A DNA stretch of 63,872 bases, filler included, from Deltaproteobacteria bacterium (lineage in GTDB: Bacteria > JAUYMQ01), in NCBI GenBank assembly GCA_030698575.1. It is 9 parts of 9 records of this genome, joined end to end, with 100 filler letters (N's around TTAATTAATTAA, not from the genome) between each part and the next. Parts side by side here need not be neighbours in the genome. Positions count along the whole stretch, not along the records: positions 11,867 to 25,506 come from JAUYMQ010000063.1; positions 25,607 to 35,526 come from JAUYMQ010000064.1; 7 more parts are not named here. The stretch is one strand, 5' to 3'. Positions 19,029 to 30,548 of this stretch are shown one piece after another. The notes below the pieces were generated by a model, which did not search any database, was not told where the DNA came from, and was given only the letters and a program-made list of their open reading frames with translations. Position 1 is the first letter of the stretch; every line of letters begins with the position of its first letter. Made by a program: the position numbers and the translations under genes.

Positions 19029-21283
19029 ATGGACGACATCGGCAATTCGGAGGCAAGACGCAGGCGGCGGGAGAAGACTCTCATTGCGGTCCTCACGCTG
19101 GTTGTGGTCGCGCTGACTTATGTGACGGTGTCTCCCCAGACTTTCGTCCAGGACGCGGGCCAGCTCCCGATCGCCTCGAACCTGCTCTTCTTCGGCCTCA
19201 TCAACCTGAACCTCCTGCTCATCATCCTGCTCGCTTTCCTGGTGCTGCGAAACGTCGTCAAGCTCGTCTTCGAGCGGCGAAGCCGCGTGCTCGGCGGGAA
19301 GCTCAAGACCAAGCTCGTGGTGGCCTTCTTCAGCTTCGCCGTGCTTCCGGCCGCCCTGCTCGTCGTGGGGGCCTGGGCCTTCATGTCGAAGTCCATCGAG
19401 TCGTGGTTCAGCCTCCCTCTCGATCAGTCCCTGAAGGCGTCGCTATCCGTGGCGCAGGTGTACTACCAGTCGACGGAGAGCACGGCCAAGCGCAACTCGA
19501 AGGAGATCGCCTCCGCCATCTCGCAGCACCGGCTTCTGCCGGAGATTGAAGGCAAGGGGGATGAGCTCAAGTGGTATCTGCGGCAGAAGCGGCGGGAGTA
19601 CGATCTGGCGCTCATCGAGGTCTTCGGGGCAAATGGCAAACTGGTCGCGCGGGCCAGCGATTCGGATTTCCCCGTCGAGAAGCTCCCCGCCTACAAGGAC
19701 AAGAACCTGCGGCGGGCCTTTTCAAACTCGAGATCCGCCCAGTTGCAGGACATGAGCCGCGGGATGGCGATCACGGGTTTCAGCCCGATTCGCCCCCAGG
19801 AGTCCGAGACGCCTGTTATGGGCGTGGTCGTGACTCGCGGGTTCGTGGGCGAGAGCCTGCTGGGGAAGATGGCCCTCATCAGCGGGACGACGGAGGAGTT
19901 CCGCCAGGTGAAGGTGCTGGAAGGACCGATCCGGACGGTCTACCTCACGATCCTGACGGCGGTGGCCCTGGTCGTGAGCCTCCTGGCGACGTGGTTCGGG
20001 TTCTTCCTTGCCAAGGGAATCACCGTGCCGCTCCAGGCGTTGTCGGAGGGCACGGAAGAAATCGCGCGGGGAAACCTGGACTACCACATCGAGCAGGTTT
20101 CGAACGACGAGTTCGGGGTGCTGGTCACCTCCTTCAACAAGATGACGCGCGATCTGAAGGCGTCCAACGCGGCCCTGAAGCTCTCCAATGAAGAACTCGA
20201 GCGCCGGCGAAAGTACATGGAGGTGGTGCTCTCCAACGTTGCCGCCGGTGTGATATCCATCGATCGCGACGGAGGGGTCAGCACCATCAACAAGAGCGCC
20301 GAGAAGCTGCTGAACATCGATGCCCGCGCGCTTATCGGGAGGCGGTATACGGAGCTTCTGGAGGGTCAGCACCTCGAGATGGTCCGCGAAATGATCCGTG
20401 AGATGAACCGCCAGAACATGGACACGCTCGCACGCCAGATCGTGCTTACTATAAAGAACCAGTCGATCACGCTTCTGGTGAGCTTCACCGTGTTGAAGGA
20501 TGAAGAAGGGGACTACAAGGGGCTCGTCGCGGTTTTTGAGGACATCACCCACCTTTTGAAGGCGCAGCGCGCGCTGGCCTGGCGCGAGGTGGCACGGCGG
20601 GTCGCCCACGAGATCAAGAATCCTCTGACGCCCATTCAGCTCTCCGCGCAGCGGTTGCGAAAGCGATTCCTTGGCACTCTGCAAGGCGAAGATGTCGGCA
20701 TCTTCGACGAGTGCACCGCGACCATCGTGAAGCAGGTCGGCGAGCTGAAGTACCTGGTGAACGAGTTCTCGAACTTCGCGCGAATGCCGGCGGCCAATCC
20801 CGCGCCGAACAACCTGAATGAGATCATCGAGGAGGGCCTCGTCCTGTTTGACGAAGCTCACAAGAACGTCAAGTTCCAGTTCAGTCCACAGGCCGATCTT
20901 CCCCGTTGCTATCTCGACCGTGACCAGATTAAGCGCGTTGTTCTGAACCTTCTCGACAATGCGGTGACCGCCATCGACGGTGATGCGGGTGAGATCGAGA
21001 TCATGAGCCGCTACGACTCCTCGCTTCAGATGGTGCGCCTCGAGGTGGCCGACACAGGCCGCGGCATCCGCCCGGAGGATCGTGGGAGGATCTTCGAGCC
21101 GTATTTCTCGACCCGTTCCAGCGGCACCGGGCTCGGTCTGGCCATCGTCTCGAAGATTGTGGCCGACCACAACGGCTACATACGCGTCCGTGAAAACGAG
21201 CCGAAGGGGACGCGCTTCGTGATTGAGCTCCCCGTTGAGCCTCCCAGCGTCCAGGTAGTCGACGGGCCCCTCGAAGGAGTGGC

Positions 21284-21287
<4 letters not shown>
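19029..21287 (+). CDS. ntrY: NtrY-like sensor histidine kinase (TM-HAMP-PAS-HisKA-HATPase)
   Basis: AWREVARRVAHEIKNPLTPIQLSA H-box, NLLDNA, DTGRG, GTGLGL. Confidence 0.88.
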
Positions 21288-22648
<1,361 letters not shown>

Positions 22649-22694
22649 GGCCCCGGCCCCCCCCCCGGATTCCCGCAAGCCAGAGGTGATCTCA

Positions 22695-23174
22695 GTGGCG
22701 GTCGCCGCAACAGGCGGAACCTCGCGCAGGATTGGCCGGTACACGCCCGCCGATCTCGACCAGATGCTTTTCATCGAGCGCGCATCCTATCCGAACCCCT
22801 GGACAGGGCAGATGTTCGCCGAGGAACTGGACAACCGTCTTTGCCACATCTTCGTCTCCCGCGATGGAGATGGCGGCGCAGCGGAGGTTCTGGGCTACGT
22901 CTGCTTCTGGCTCTTTCTCGGCGAGATGCATCTCCTGAACGTCGCGGTCGATCCCGCGCGCCGCCGGCAGGGCGTCGGGCGCCGTCTCCTGTCCCACGCT
23001 CTGGACTTCGCAGCGGCCCGGGGGGCGAAGGTCGGTTTCCTCGAGGTCCGCAGGAGCAACCGCGGGGCGAGGCGCCTTTACGAGGAGTACGGCTTCTCGG
23101 AGATCGGCATCCGCCCCCGCTACTACGAGGACGGTGAGGACGCCGTCGTCATGCTCCTGGAGATTTCGAATTGA
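22695..23174 (+). CDS. rimI: Ribosomal protein S18 alanine N-acetyltransferase
   Basis: HLLNVAV.P..RRQGVG, FLEVRRSN..A..LY...GF...G.RPRYYEDGEDA; GTG start approximate. Confidence 0.88.
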   Translation: MAVAATGGTSRRIGRYTPADLDQMLFIERASYPNPWTGQMFAEELDNRLCHIFVSRDGDGGAAEVLGYVCFWLFLGEMHLLNVAVDPARRRQGVGRRLLSHALDFAAARGAKVGFLEVRRSNRGARRLYEEYGFSEIGIRPRYYEDGEDAVVMLLEISN

Positions 23175-24043
23175 CCCCATCCGCCTCCCGCCCGACTCAC
23201 CAGCTCGCCACGGTCTCGCGCCAGGAGTCGCTCGGCGAGGGGGCCTACCGGCTGCGCCTCTCGCTACCGGCCTTCCCGGCGGCGTCTGCCGGCCAGTTCG
23301 TCATGTTGAGCGACGGCGAGAACGGAGAACCCTTTCTCCCGAGGGCGATGGCGCTCTACCAGGCGGGGCGCGCCGGAAGGCGGGCTGCCGTAGAGGTCGT
23401 CTATCGCGTCGTGGGGCAGGGCACAGCGCGCCTGGCCGGCGCGGTCCCCGGACAGCGGCTCTGGATCCTCGGGCCACTGGGCCGCGCGTTCGCGCCGCCA
23501 CAGCCGGGAGTTCGGCCGGTGCTTGTTGGCGGCGGAACGGGGATCGCCTCGCTCCATCTTCTGGGCAAGGCGCTGGCGCGCGGCAGGACGGCCAGGGCGC
23601 GCCGGGACGTCACCGTCCTCATCGGCGCCCGCACGCGACGACAGCTTCTCTGCAAGAGCGATTTCCGCGCCCTGGGCGCCCGGGTGCAGCTCGCCACCGA
23701 CGACGGAACGGTCGGGCGCCGTGGCACGGTGGCGGAGCTTCTGGAAAACGTCCTTACCGAAGAGGCGCGGCGCGGCCGCACCATCGGCATGGCTTACGTG
23801 TGCGGCCCGACACCCATGATGGAGGCCGCCTGGCGCGTCTGCGAGCGCGCGGGCGTCAAATGCCAGGTGAGCCTCGAGGGGCCGATGGCCTGCGGCTTCG
23901 GGGTCTGTCTCGGATGCGCGGTTCCCTGTCTTGTGGCGGATCCGGAAGCGCCGGTTCGCTCTCCGCGGGATCGGATGAAGCTCATGTGCACGGACGGCCC
24001 GGTGTTCGACGCGGCGACGCTGGCCTGGGGGTGGGAGTCGTGA
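23171..24043 (+). CDS. pyrK: Dihydroorotate dehydrogenase electron transfer subunit
   Basis: GQFVML, GPLG, VGGGTGIA, CGP.PMM, MACGFGVCLGC...CTDGPVF [2Fe-2S] motif. Confidence 0.9.
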   Translation: MTPSASRPTHQLATVSRQESLGEGAYRLRLSLPAFPAASAGQFVMLSDGENGEPFLPRAMALYQAGRAGRRAAVEVVYRVVGQGTARLAGAVPGQRLWILGPLGRAFAPPQPGVRPVLVGGGTGIASLHLLGKALARGRTARARRDVTVLIGARTRRQLLCKSDFRALGARVQLATDDGTVGRRGTVAELLENVLTEEARRGRTIGMAYVCGPTPMMEAAWRVCERAGVKCQVSLEGPMACGFGVCLGCAVPCLVADPEAPVRSPRDRMKLMCTDGPVFDAATLAWGWES

Positions 24044-25008
24044 GCGGCAAGAAGGGGCGCGGGGGCGGGCCGGATCTCCGCGTCGACATCGGCGGGGGGC
24101 TCTCGATCCGGAACCCCATCATGACGGCCTCGGGCACCTTCGGCTATGGCGACGAGTTCGCCGATTTCATCGATCTGGGCCAGCTCGGCGCAGTGGTCGT
24201 GAAATCGATTTCCCTCGCGCCGCGGCCCGGGAACCAGCCTCCCCGCCTTCAGGAGACGCCGGCGGGAATGATCAATTCCATCGGAATCATGAGCGTCGGC
24301 GTCGATGCTTTCATCCGCGACAAGCTCCCGCCGCTCAGAAAGCGTGGGGTGCCGGTCGTGGCCTCGGTCTTCGGCACGTCGGTGAAGGAATTCGTCGAGG
24401 TGACACGGCGGCTCGACGATGCGGAGGGGATCGCCGCCCTCGAGGTGAACGTGGGCTGCCCGAATATCGAGAAGGGAACCATTTTCGGCACAGACCGGGG
24501 TCTGACCACGAAAACGATGCGGGGCGTCCGTCGCGCCACGCGTCTGCCGGTCATCCTGAAGCTGACGCCCAGCGTGGCGGACGTCCGCCCGTTCGCGAAG
24601 CTCGGTGAGGACGAGGGCGCCGACGCCATCAGCCTGATCAACTCCATTCCCGCGCTCTCGATCGACATCCGAACCCGGAGGAGCCGCATCCATACCGGGG
24701 TGGGGGGGCTCTCAGGCCCTGCCATCCGGCCCATCGCGGTTCGCATGGTATGGGAAGCGGCCCGAACCGTGAGTATCCCCGTCATCGGGATCGGGGGTAT
24801 CGCAACGGCGGAGGACGTCATGGAGTTCCTGATCGCCGGGGCCACGGCGGTCCAGGTGGGGACCATCAACTTCGTGAGGCCCCGCGCGGCAATCGAGATC
24901 CTCGAGGGCCTCCGGGTCCTGCTCCTGGAACAGGGGGTCAGGAAGATGAGCGAGATCGTGGGCACCCTCCGGGGGATGCCCGCGGAGAGGGGGGGCGTTA
25001 AGGGCTAA
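24040..25008 (+). CDS. pyrD: Dihydroorotate dehydrogenase, family 1B catalytic subunit
   Basis: NPIMTASGTFG, EVNVGCPN, KLTP, GGLSGPAIRP, IGIGGI; GTGA overlap with pyrK. Confidence 0.93.
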   Translation: MSGKKGRGGGPDLRVDIGGGLSIRNPIMTASGTFGYGDEFADFIDLGQLGAVVVKSISLAPRPGNQPPRLQETPAGMINSIGIMSVGVDAFIRDKLPPLRKRGVPVVASVFGTSVKEFVEVTRRLDDAEGIAALEVNVGCPNIEKGTIFGTDRGLTTKTMRGVRRATRLPVILKLTPSVADVRPFAKLGEDEGADAISLINSIPALSIDIRTRRSRIHTGVGGLSGPAIRPIAVRMVWEAARTVSIPVIGIGGIATAEDVMEFLIAGATAVQVGTINFVRPRAAIEILEGLRVLLLEQGVRKMSEIVGTLRGMPAERGGVKG

Positions 25009-25125
25009 GCGCCCAAGAGATAAAGATTTTCCTGTTGCATCGCGCTAATTCCTGTGTTAAAAGCCCTGACATAGAGAGTTCCGCCTGGTCCTTGCAGTGG
25101 CTCCATCGAGGGGCTGGGTTCCGCG

Positions 25126-25153
25126 AAGTGGGCTCATCGGGTCCGCTTTTTTT
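25126..25153 (+). promoter_or_regulatory. rimP leader terminator-like hairpin
   Basis: AAGTGGGC-TCATCGG-GTCCGCTT then a T run, just before the rimP ATG; resembles the conserved GTGGG...CCCAC-U element ahead of rimP-nusA operons. Confidence 0.6.
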
Positions 25154-25158
25154 ATTAC

Positions 25159-25506
25159 ATGGCCCACGCGGAGGCCCTGCGGGAAGCCGCCAGGCGGCGA
25201 TCCGGAGACGGCCTCGCCGGGCCGTCTATCAGGGGCGGGGGCATGCGCGGAAGCCGGCGGGCGCGCCGGAGGCGCGAGAGCGAGGAACCGGGCCCGGTCG
25301 GCGCTGGCGAGCCCACGCCAGAAGAGATCCGGCGGGTGGTGGAGCCTGTGGTCGAGGAGCTGGGACTCGAATTGCTCGACCTCAAGTACGGCAGGGGGCG
25401 GACCAGCGCCCTCCTGCGGCTCGTTCTGGATCACCCCGAAGCAGCCGTGACCGTGGAAGCTTGCTCGCGGGTGAGCGGGGCGGTTGGGCGACTCCTCGAC
25501 GGTCTT
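25159..25506 (+). CDS. rimP: Ribosome maturation factor RimP, 3'-truncated
   Basis: VEPVVEELGLELLDL...LLRLVLD....VTVEACSRVS..V..LLD; start uncertain. Confidence 0.8.
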
Positions 25507-25606
25507 NNNNNNNNNNNNNNNNNNNNNNNNNNNNNNNNNNNNNNNNNNNNTTAATTAATTAANNNNNNNNNNNNNNNNNNNNNNNNNNNNNNNNNNNNNN
25601 NNNNNN
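25507..25606. other. Artificial contig spacer
   Basis: N-run with TTAATTAATTAA. Confidence 0.99.
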
Positions 25607-25898
25607 TGTAGACGCTATGAGGGAGCTGGATACGATGGCTTCGAAGGCCGCCGAAATTGTCGAGCCGATGAGGGAGGCGATCCTGAAACGTGAGGAGGAC
25701 CCGATGCCCAAGGCGCGGGAGAGGGAGCGGGAGCTGAATGACCTGCGCACCGAGTTCCGGCAGTCTCACATCGAGAGGCTGTCCGGCGGAAAGTGCACCG
25801 CGACCGCAGGAATTCTCTTTCTTGACATGCTAACGAGCTTCGAGAAGCTCGGCGATCACGCCTATAACGTCCTGGAGGCAACTGTCGGAATCAAGTAG
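25607..25898 (+). CDS. Na/Pi cotransporter family, C-terminal PhoU domain (5'-truncated)
   Basis: HIERL..GKC...AGILFLDML..FEKLGDHAYNV. Confidence 0.8.
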
Positions 25899-25907
25899 CG
25901 GCAAGGC

Positions 25908-27605
25908 TCACGGATTCATCTCGTAGGCGCCGTTCAGGCTGTGGACGTGCTCCTCCCAAACCTTCCGGTATCGCTCCTCATCCACAATCGGCTTCCTGAT
26001 CATTGCGAGGCAATGCTCCATCTGCTTCGGCGTGCTGGTGGGCTTGCTGTACAGATGGAGCGCGTACTTCGAGAAGTCCCTCACCAGCACGTCGAATATT
26101 TGATCGATCACACCCGGTTCGACCTGGTAGATCTTCGCGTTCTCGAGCAGTAACTGCGCGTAGACCACGAGCACGAAGATCTCTCCCAGCGCCAGCATGA
26201 AATCGACGTCGTTCGCCTGTCCGGCGCCGGGGGTGGCCTTCTCGAGGAGTTCCCGGAAGGCTCCCATCTGCTCGCGGAACAGGTTCACGTTCGGAAGATC
26301 ATGGGCCTCGAAAACCGGCGCGTAATCGGGGAACCGCACGTGCCCCAGCCCCTTCGTCGGGCCCTGCCGGAACAGGTAGCTGTCGTCCGCGCCGTCGTCC
26401 CGCCGGGGAACTTCCTCATAGGCCTGGTGGTTGAGGAAATAACCGGGCATGAACTTATTGATGAGCGCCACGTTCACGTGAACCGTTCCCTCGAGTTTCG
26501 GCATCGCGCGGATGTCCCGTGCGGCCATCTCGAAATACATGTCCTTCTCGAACCCCTTCGCCGCGATCACGTCCCAGAGATGGTTGACGACGTCCTCCCC
26601 CTGAGTAGTGACCTTCATCTTCACGACCGCATTGTAGAGCAGGTAGCGCCTGTCGTCGGGAGAGGCCGAGCGCATGTAATCCGCCGCCCGCAGGGTCACC
26701 AGCTTCATGGCCAGCAGACGGGCGTAGGCGTCTGTGAACAGCTGCTTCACATGGTCGAAGTCCGTCACCTGCATCCCGTACAGCTTGCGGTTCGAGGCAT
26801 GGGTGATAGCCTCGTAGAGCGCGTGCGTGCAGATGCCGATGGACGCCCAGCCCAGATTGAACTTGCCGACGTTGACGGTGTTGAGCGCCGCGTTCCACGC
26901 CTCCTGCCCCCGGGACAGGATGTCGCTTTCCTTGACGGGGTAATCGTGGAGCACGTAATCCGAAACGAAGGACTGGCTGTTGATGACGTTCTTCACGCAC
27001 TCGAACTTCTCGTGCTGCGAATCGACGGCAAAGAAGACGTAATCGCCTGAGTCGGTGAGCTTCCCGAAGGTCGAGACCATGGCCGCCTTGTTGCCGTTGC
27101 CGATGTAGTACTTCTCCCCCCGGGCCAGATATTCGCCGTTGCCCTGCGGCGTCAGGTGCATGTCGGTGGAGTACACGTCCGCCCCGTGGGCTTTCTCCGA
27201 AAGCCCGAACGCGAAGATCCCCCCCTCCTCGAGAAGGCGCGCCGCCCGCTGTTTCTGCTCCGCGTTGCCGCTCATCCAGATGGGGCCCAGGCCGAGGACC
27301 GAAACCTGCCAGGTGTACCAGTACTGCAGCCCGTAGAAACCGAGGATCTCCGCGAACTCGCAGATCCGCCAGGTGTCCCAGCGCGAGTCAGCCGCCCCGT
27401 ACCCTGAAGGCGTCAGGATCGTCGCGAAGATCCGCTCCTTCTTTACGAACTCCAGGAAGTCGGCGTACCAGACCCTTTCGCGATCATCCTCCTTGAGCTT
27501 CCGCTTGCCCTTGCTCTCGAAGAACTCGATGGTCTTGAGCATGACCTCCCGCGACCGCTCATCCGGGTAGTTTCGATCGTGCTTCCTGGGGTTGAGGAGG
27601 ATCAT
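25908..27605 (-). CDS. Acyl-CoA dehydrogenase family protein
   Basis: AFGLSEKAHGAD, GEKYYIGN, AYARL.AMKL, VIAAKGFE. Confidence 0.88.
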   Translation of the reverse strand: MILLNPRKHDRNYPDERSREVMLKTIEFFESKGKRKLKEDDRERVWYADFLEFVKKERIFATILTPSGYGAADSRWDTWRICEFAEILGFYGLQYWYTWQVSVLGLGPIWMSGNAEQKQRAARLLEEGGIFAFGLSEKAHGADVYSTDMHLTPQGNGEYLARGEKYYIGNGNKAAMVSTFGKLTDSGDYVFFAVDSQHEKFECVKNVINSQSFVSDYVLHDYPVKESDILSRGQEAWNAALNTVNVGKFNLGWASIGICTHALYEAITHASNRKLYGMQVTDFDHVKQLFTDAYARLLAMKLVTLRAADYMRSASPDDRRYLLYNAVVKMKVTTQGEDVVNHLWDVIAAKGFEKDMYFEMAARDIRAMPKLEGTVHVNVALINKFMPGYFLNHQAYEEVPRRDDGADDSYLFRQGPTKGLGHVRFPDYAPVFEAHDLPNVNLFREQMGAFRELLEKATPGAGQANDVDFMLALGEIFVLVVYAQLLLENAKIYQVEPGVIDQIFDVLVRDFSKYALHLYSKPTSTPKQMEHCLAMIRKPIVDEERYRKVWEEHVHSLNGAYEMNP

Positions 27606-27707
27606 CAAAGGTTCCTTTCAGGAGAAGAACGAACAGAAAAAACTCTGGCCCGCTGGAACCGCGGGCCGGAGTGAGCTTCAAGACTGACTCGGGAAGGAGA
27701 GAGCATG

Positions 27708-28136
27708 CTATCCGCGAATGTAGCTCTGCAACTGCTCGATCGTGAACTGCTGTTCCGCGATGATGGCCTTGACCAGGTCTCCGATCGAGAGCATTCCGAT
27801 CAATCGTTCGCCTTCGATCACCGGCAGGTGGCGAATGCGATGCTGCGTCATCAGGCTCATGCATTCCTTGATCGTTTGCTTCGGATGCACGGTGATCACG
27901 TCGCTGGTCATGATCTCTTCGACCCGCGTCTGCTGGGATGTGCGGCCCTTGAGAATGACCTTCCGCGTGTAGTCACGTTCGGAGATGATGCCGGCCAGCT
28001 TTTCGCCGTCAGTCACGACGAGTGCGCCTATCTCCTTCTCCGCCATGAGCTTGATGGCATCGAACACGCATTCGTTCATGTCGATGGAATAGACATCGGC
28101 CCCCTTGGTGTTCAGGACCTGCTTGATTCTCTTCAT
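27708..28136 (-). CDS. CBS domain pair protein
   Basis: IGALVV, GIISERD, IRHLPV, GMLSIGDLVK; ATG 28136. Confidence 0.9.
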   Translation of the reverse strand: MKRIKQVLNTKGADVYSIDMNECVFDAIKLMAEKEIGALVVTDGEKLAGIISERDYTRKVILKGRTSQQTRVEEIMTSDVITVHPKQTIKECMSLMTQHRIRHLPVIEGERLIGMLSIGDLVKAIIAEQQFTIEQLQSYIRG

Positions 28137-28445
28137 CACGTCACTCCCGGGGCCTCCTGCGAGGCCCGCGCCGCCGATCCGGGCCCAAGGCCCGACAGGC
28201 TGGCTCCTGCCCCTTCCCCGAACCTTCCGCCAGTAGTGGCCGCAAATAGTGGTCGCAACTAGCGGCCGCGCAGGGCGGATGGTGGCGCCGGGGGGTAGGG
28301 GCGCGTGCAATAGACTTGCGAATCATCCTACACGCTCGGCGGCGCTTTTTCGAGCAATAGCGGCTCCCCGCCCTCCGCGGGACTGCCCGTGCGAATGTCG
28401 CAAAGCGCACCTAAGCGCCTGGATTACAACAGGAATCTTTGGATT

Positions 28446-28877
28446 TTAGCCGTTGCTGCGGGCGCGCCGCTTCGGGCTGCGGCCAGTGGCCGGGAGGCCA
28501 AGGGAAGCAATCTTTCTATTTACGAGCGACTCCAGCGTTTCCAGATCCTGGACCCCGGCAAGCTCACGGGCCGGGATCAGCTCACGCAAGGTGCCTGCCG
28601 GGCGCTCCAGGAAGACGGCTGGGAGGGGCAGGTTCCGGACCGACGGGAATCGGCGTCTGAAAACGCTCCGCAGGTGAAACTCGGAGGGGATCGGCAAGGT
28701 TCGCAAGAAGGCGCGCCACTCGGCCTTCTTGATGAACCGGCCGTAGGTCACGTCGCAGAGCTTGCAGGGGTAGGTTTTCGGCGCGACCAGCCGGTGAACG
28801 AAGTCCTTCACGAGGGCTAGAGGCGTGGCATCGACGTTATAGACGAAATGGAGCTTGCTCCCGGAACCTTCCGGCAT
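28446..28877 (-). CDS. Conserved hypothetical protein with CxxC (FVYN.D...Y.CxLC..TYG family)
   Basis: LHFVYNVD...P.TYPCKLCDVTYG; GGAGGAG RBS before ATG 28877. Confidence 0.7.
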   Translation of the reverse strand: MPEGSGSKLHFVYNVDATPLALVKDFVHRLVAPKTYPCKLCDVTYGRFIKKAEWRAFLRTLPIPSEFHLRSVFRRRFPSVRNLPLPAVFLERPAGTLRELIPARELAGVQDLETLESLVNRKIASLGLPATGRSPKRRARSNG

Positions 28878-28896
28878 CGGTCTCCTCCCCTCTGGC

Positions 28897-29316
28897 TCAG
28901 GGGCGCCAGGCGGCCTGATCGCCCGGCGCTGCTTCGTGGTTCTCATTGAAGGTCTCCAAATCCTCGATGACCCGGTACCACTCCCAGCGCATGCCGTCGG
29001 GCTCTACCGCCCAGACCTTGTTTTGCTTAGCGTAGTAGCAAGTGGTCTGATCTTCCACGAGGTGCTCCATTCCCGACGTCTTGAGTCGCTCGGTGGCTGC
29101 CGTGACCTCCTCGTCCTCGAATACCTCGACGCCCAGGTGGTTGAGCCGTTCGGGCGCATCGGGCATTTCGAAGAGAACGAGCTTCAGCGGCGGATCCGTG
29201 ATGGCAAAGTTCGCGTAGCCGGGCTTTCGTTTGTTGACAGGGGTGTTAAACATCTTCGAGTAGAAATCGACCGCGGCGTCGATGTCCTTGACGTTGATGG
29301 CGAGCTGGAGACGCAT
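28897..29316 (-). CDS. ArsI/CadI family VOC metalloenzyme
   Basis: RLQLAINV, PGYANF...PPLKLVL.E, LNHLG.EV, TTCYYAKQNKVW...PDG..WEWY. Confidence 0.85.
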   Translation of the reverse strand: MRLQLAINVKDIDAAVDFYSKMFNTPVNKRKPGYANFAITDPPLKLVLFEMPDAPERLNHLGVEVFEDEEVTAATERLKTSGMEHLVEDQTTCYYAKQNKVWAVEPDGMRWEWYRVIEDLETFNENHEAAPGDQAAWRP

Positions 29317-29429
29317 GGGGGCTCCTTCAGATCCGGGGCTGCGGCCACGGAACCGGCAGCCAGAGCCAGGCTGGCAATGCGCACCCATGTGAATGAAGGA
29401 ATTTTCGCCAAATTCGCGCCCGGCCGGGC

Positions 29430-30521
29430 TCAGTAGTTCCGACGCTGCCGTTTGCGACGACGGCCGGAATATCCGATCCAGCCCCTGCGGCGAAATAAAA
29501 AAATCATACCCAGGCCGAGAGCAACCATCACGATCAAGACGAGAAAGTAGCCGTTTCGCTGCGCCAGCTCCGGCATGTACTCGAAGTTCATCCCGTAGAT
29601 GCCTGCGATGAAGGTGAGCGGGATAAAGATGCTCGCCATGAGGGTGAGCACCTTCATGACCTCGTTCGTCTTCTGGCTCACGTTCGAGAGGTAAATCTCG
29701 GACAGCCCCACCGCCATCTCGCGCGTTGAGTCCACGAGCTCGGTGATCTGGGAAATATGGTCATAGGTGTCGCGCAGGAAGGCGCGTACGCTCTCGGAGA
29801 TGTAAGGGGTCTGATCGCGGATCATGGCGTTCACCGCCTCCCGCTGCGGCCGACCCACGCGCCGCAAAACGACGAGCAACCGGCGGATCCGGTGGATCTC
29901 GCTCAGCGTGTCAGGCCGTGGGTCGTCGATTATATCGTCCTCCAGCTCCTCGAGCTGATGGGAGAGGTCCTCGGCGATCGGATAGTAACGGTCGACAAGC
30001 GTATCGATGAGCGCGTAGGCCAGATAGTCGGGCCCCATCCGCCGTATCGGACCCAGGGCCGTCCGCAGCCGCTCCCTCACCGGATCGAAGAAGCCGAAAA
30101 AGCGCTCCTGGAAGGTGAGCAGGTAGTTCTTCCCGATGATGAAGCAGATCTGGGGCACCTCGAGATCGCCCTCTTCATCCAGTAGAGGTATGCGCGAAAT
30201 GACGAGCTGGTGGTTCTCGTACAGCTCCGATTTCGCCCGCTGGGGGGTGTTCACGGCGTCCTCGAGGGCCAGCGGGTTCATGCCGAAAATCTGGGCGATC
30301 TGGCGCAGAGTCGCCTCGGTGCCGAGCCCCTGGATATCCACCCAGATCTTCTCTTCGCCCGAAAGCGGAGAGCCAAGCTCTGCGGGGTTTTCAACCTCGC
30401 GCTCCTCGATTCCCTCGGGCCAGTAACGCACCAGGCGAATCCGGGTGGGTGGCGCCCCGGGAGGGATCATCAGCGTCCCGGGACGGGATCCGGCGCTGGG
30501 ATTCAGTTTCTGAAAGGTCAT
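29430..30521 (-). CDS. corA: Magnesium/cobalt transporter CorA
   Basis: NEVMKVLT...IFIPLTFIAGIYGMNF..MPEL signature. Confidence 0.95.
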   Translation of the reverse strand: MTFQKLNPSAGSRPGTLMIPPGAPPTRIRLVRYWPEGIEEREVENPAELGSPLSGEEKIWVDIQGLGTEATLRQIAQIFGMNPLALEDAVNTPQRAKSELYENHQLVISRIPLLDEEGDLEVPQICFIIGKNYLLTFQERFFGFFDPVRERLRTALGPIRRMGPDYLAYALIDTLVDRYYPIAEDLSHQLEELEDDIIDDPRPDTLSEIHRIRRLLVVLRRVGRPQREAVNAMIRDQTPYISESVRAFLRDTYDHISQITELVDSTREMAVGLSEIYLSNVSQKTNEVMKVLTLMASIFIPLTFIAGIYGMNFEYMPELAQRNGYFLVLIVMVALGLGMIFLFRRRGWIGYSGRRRKRQRRNY

Positions 30522-30548
30522 GAAAGATTCCCAATGCCTGCGTGGCGG

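Noticed and set aside
23134-24039. 624-aa ORF suggesting a PyrK-PyrD fusion
   Set aside because: pyrK is in a different frame; pyrD starts at GTG 24040.
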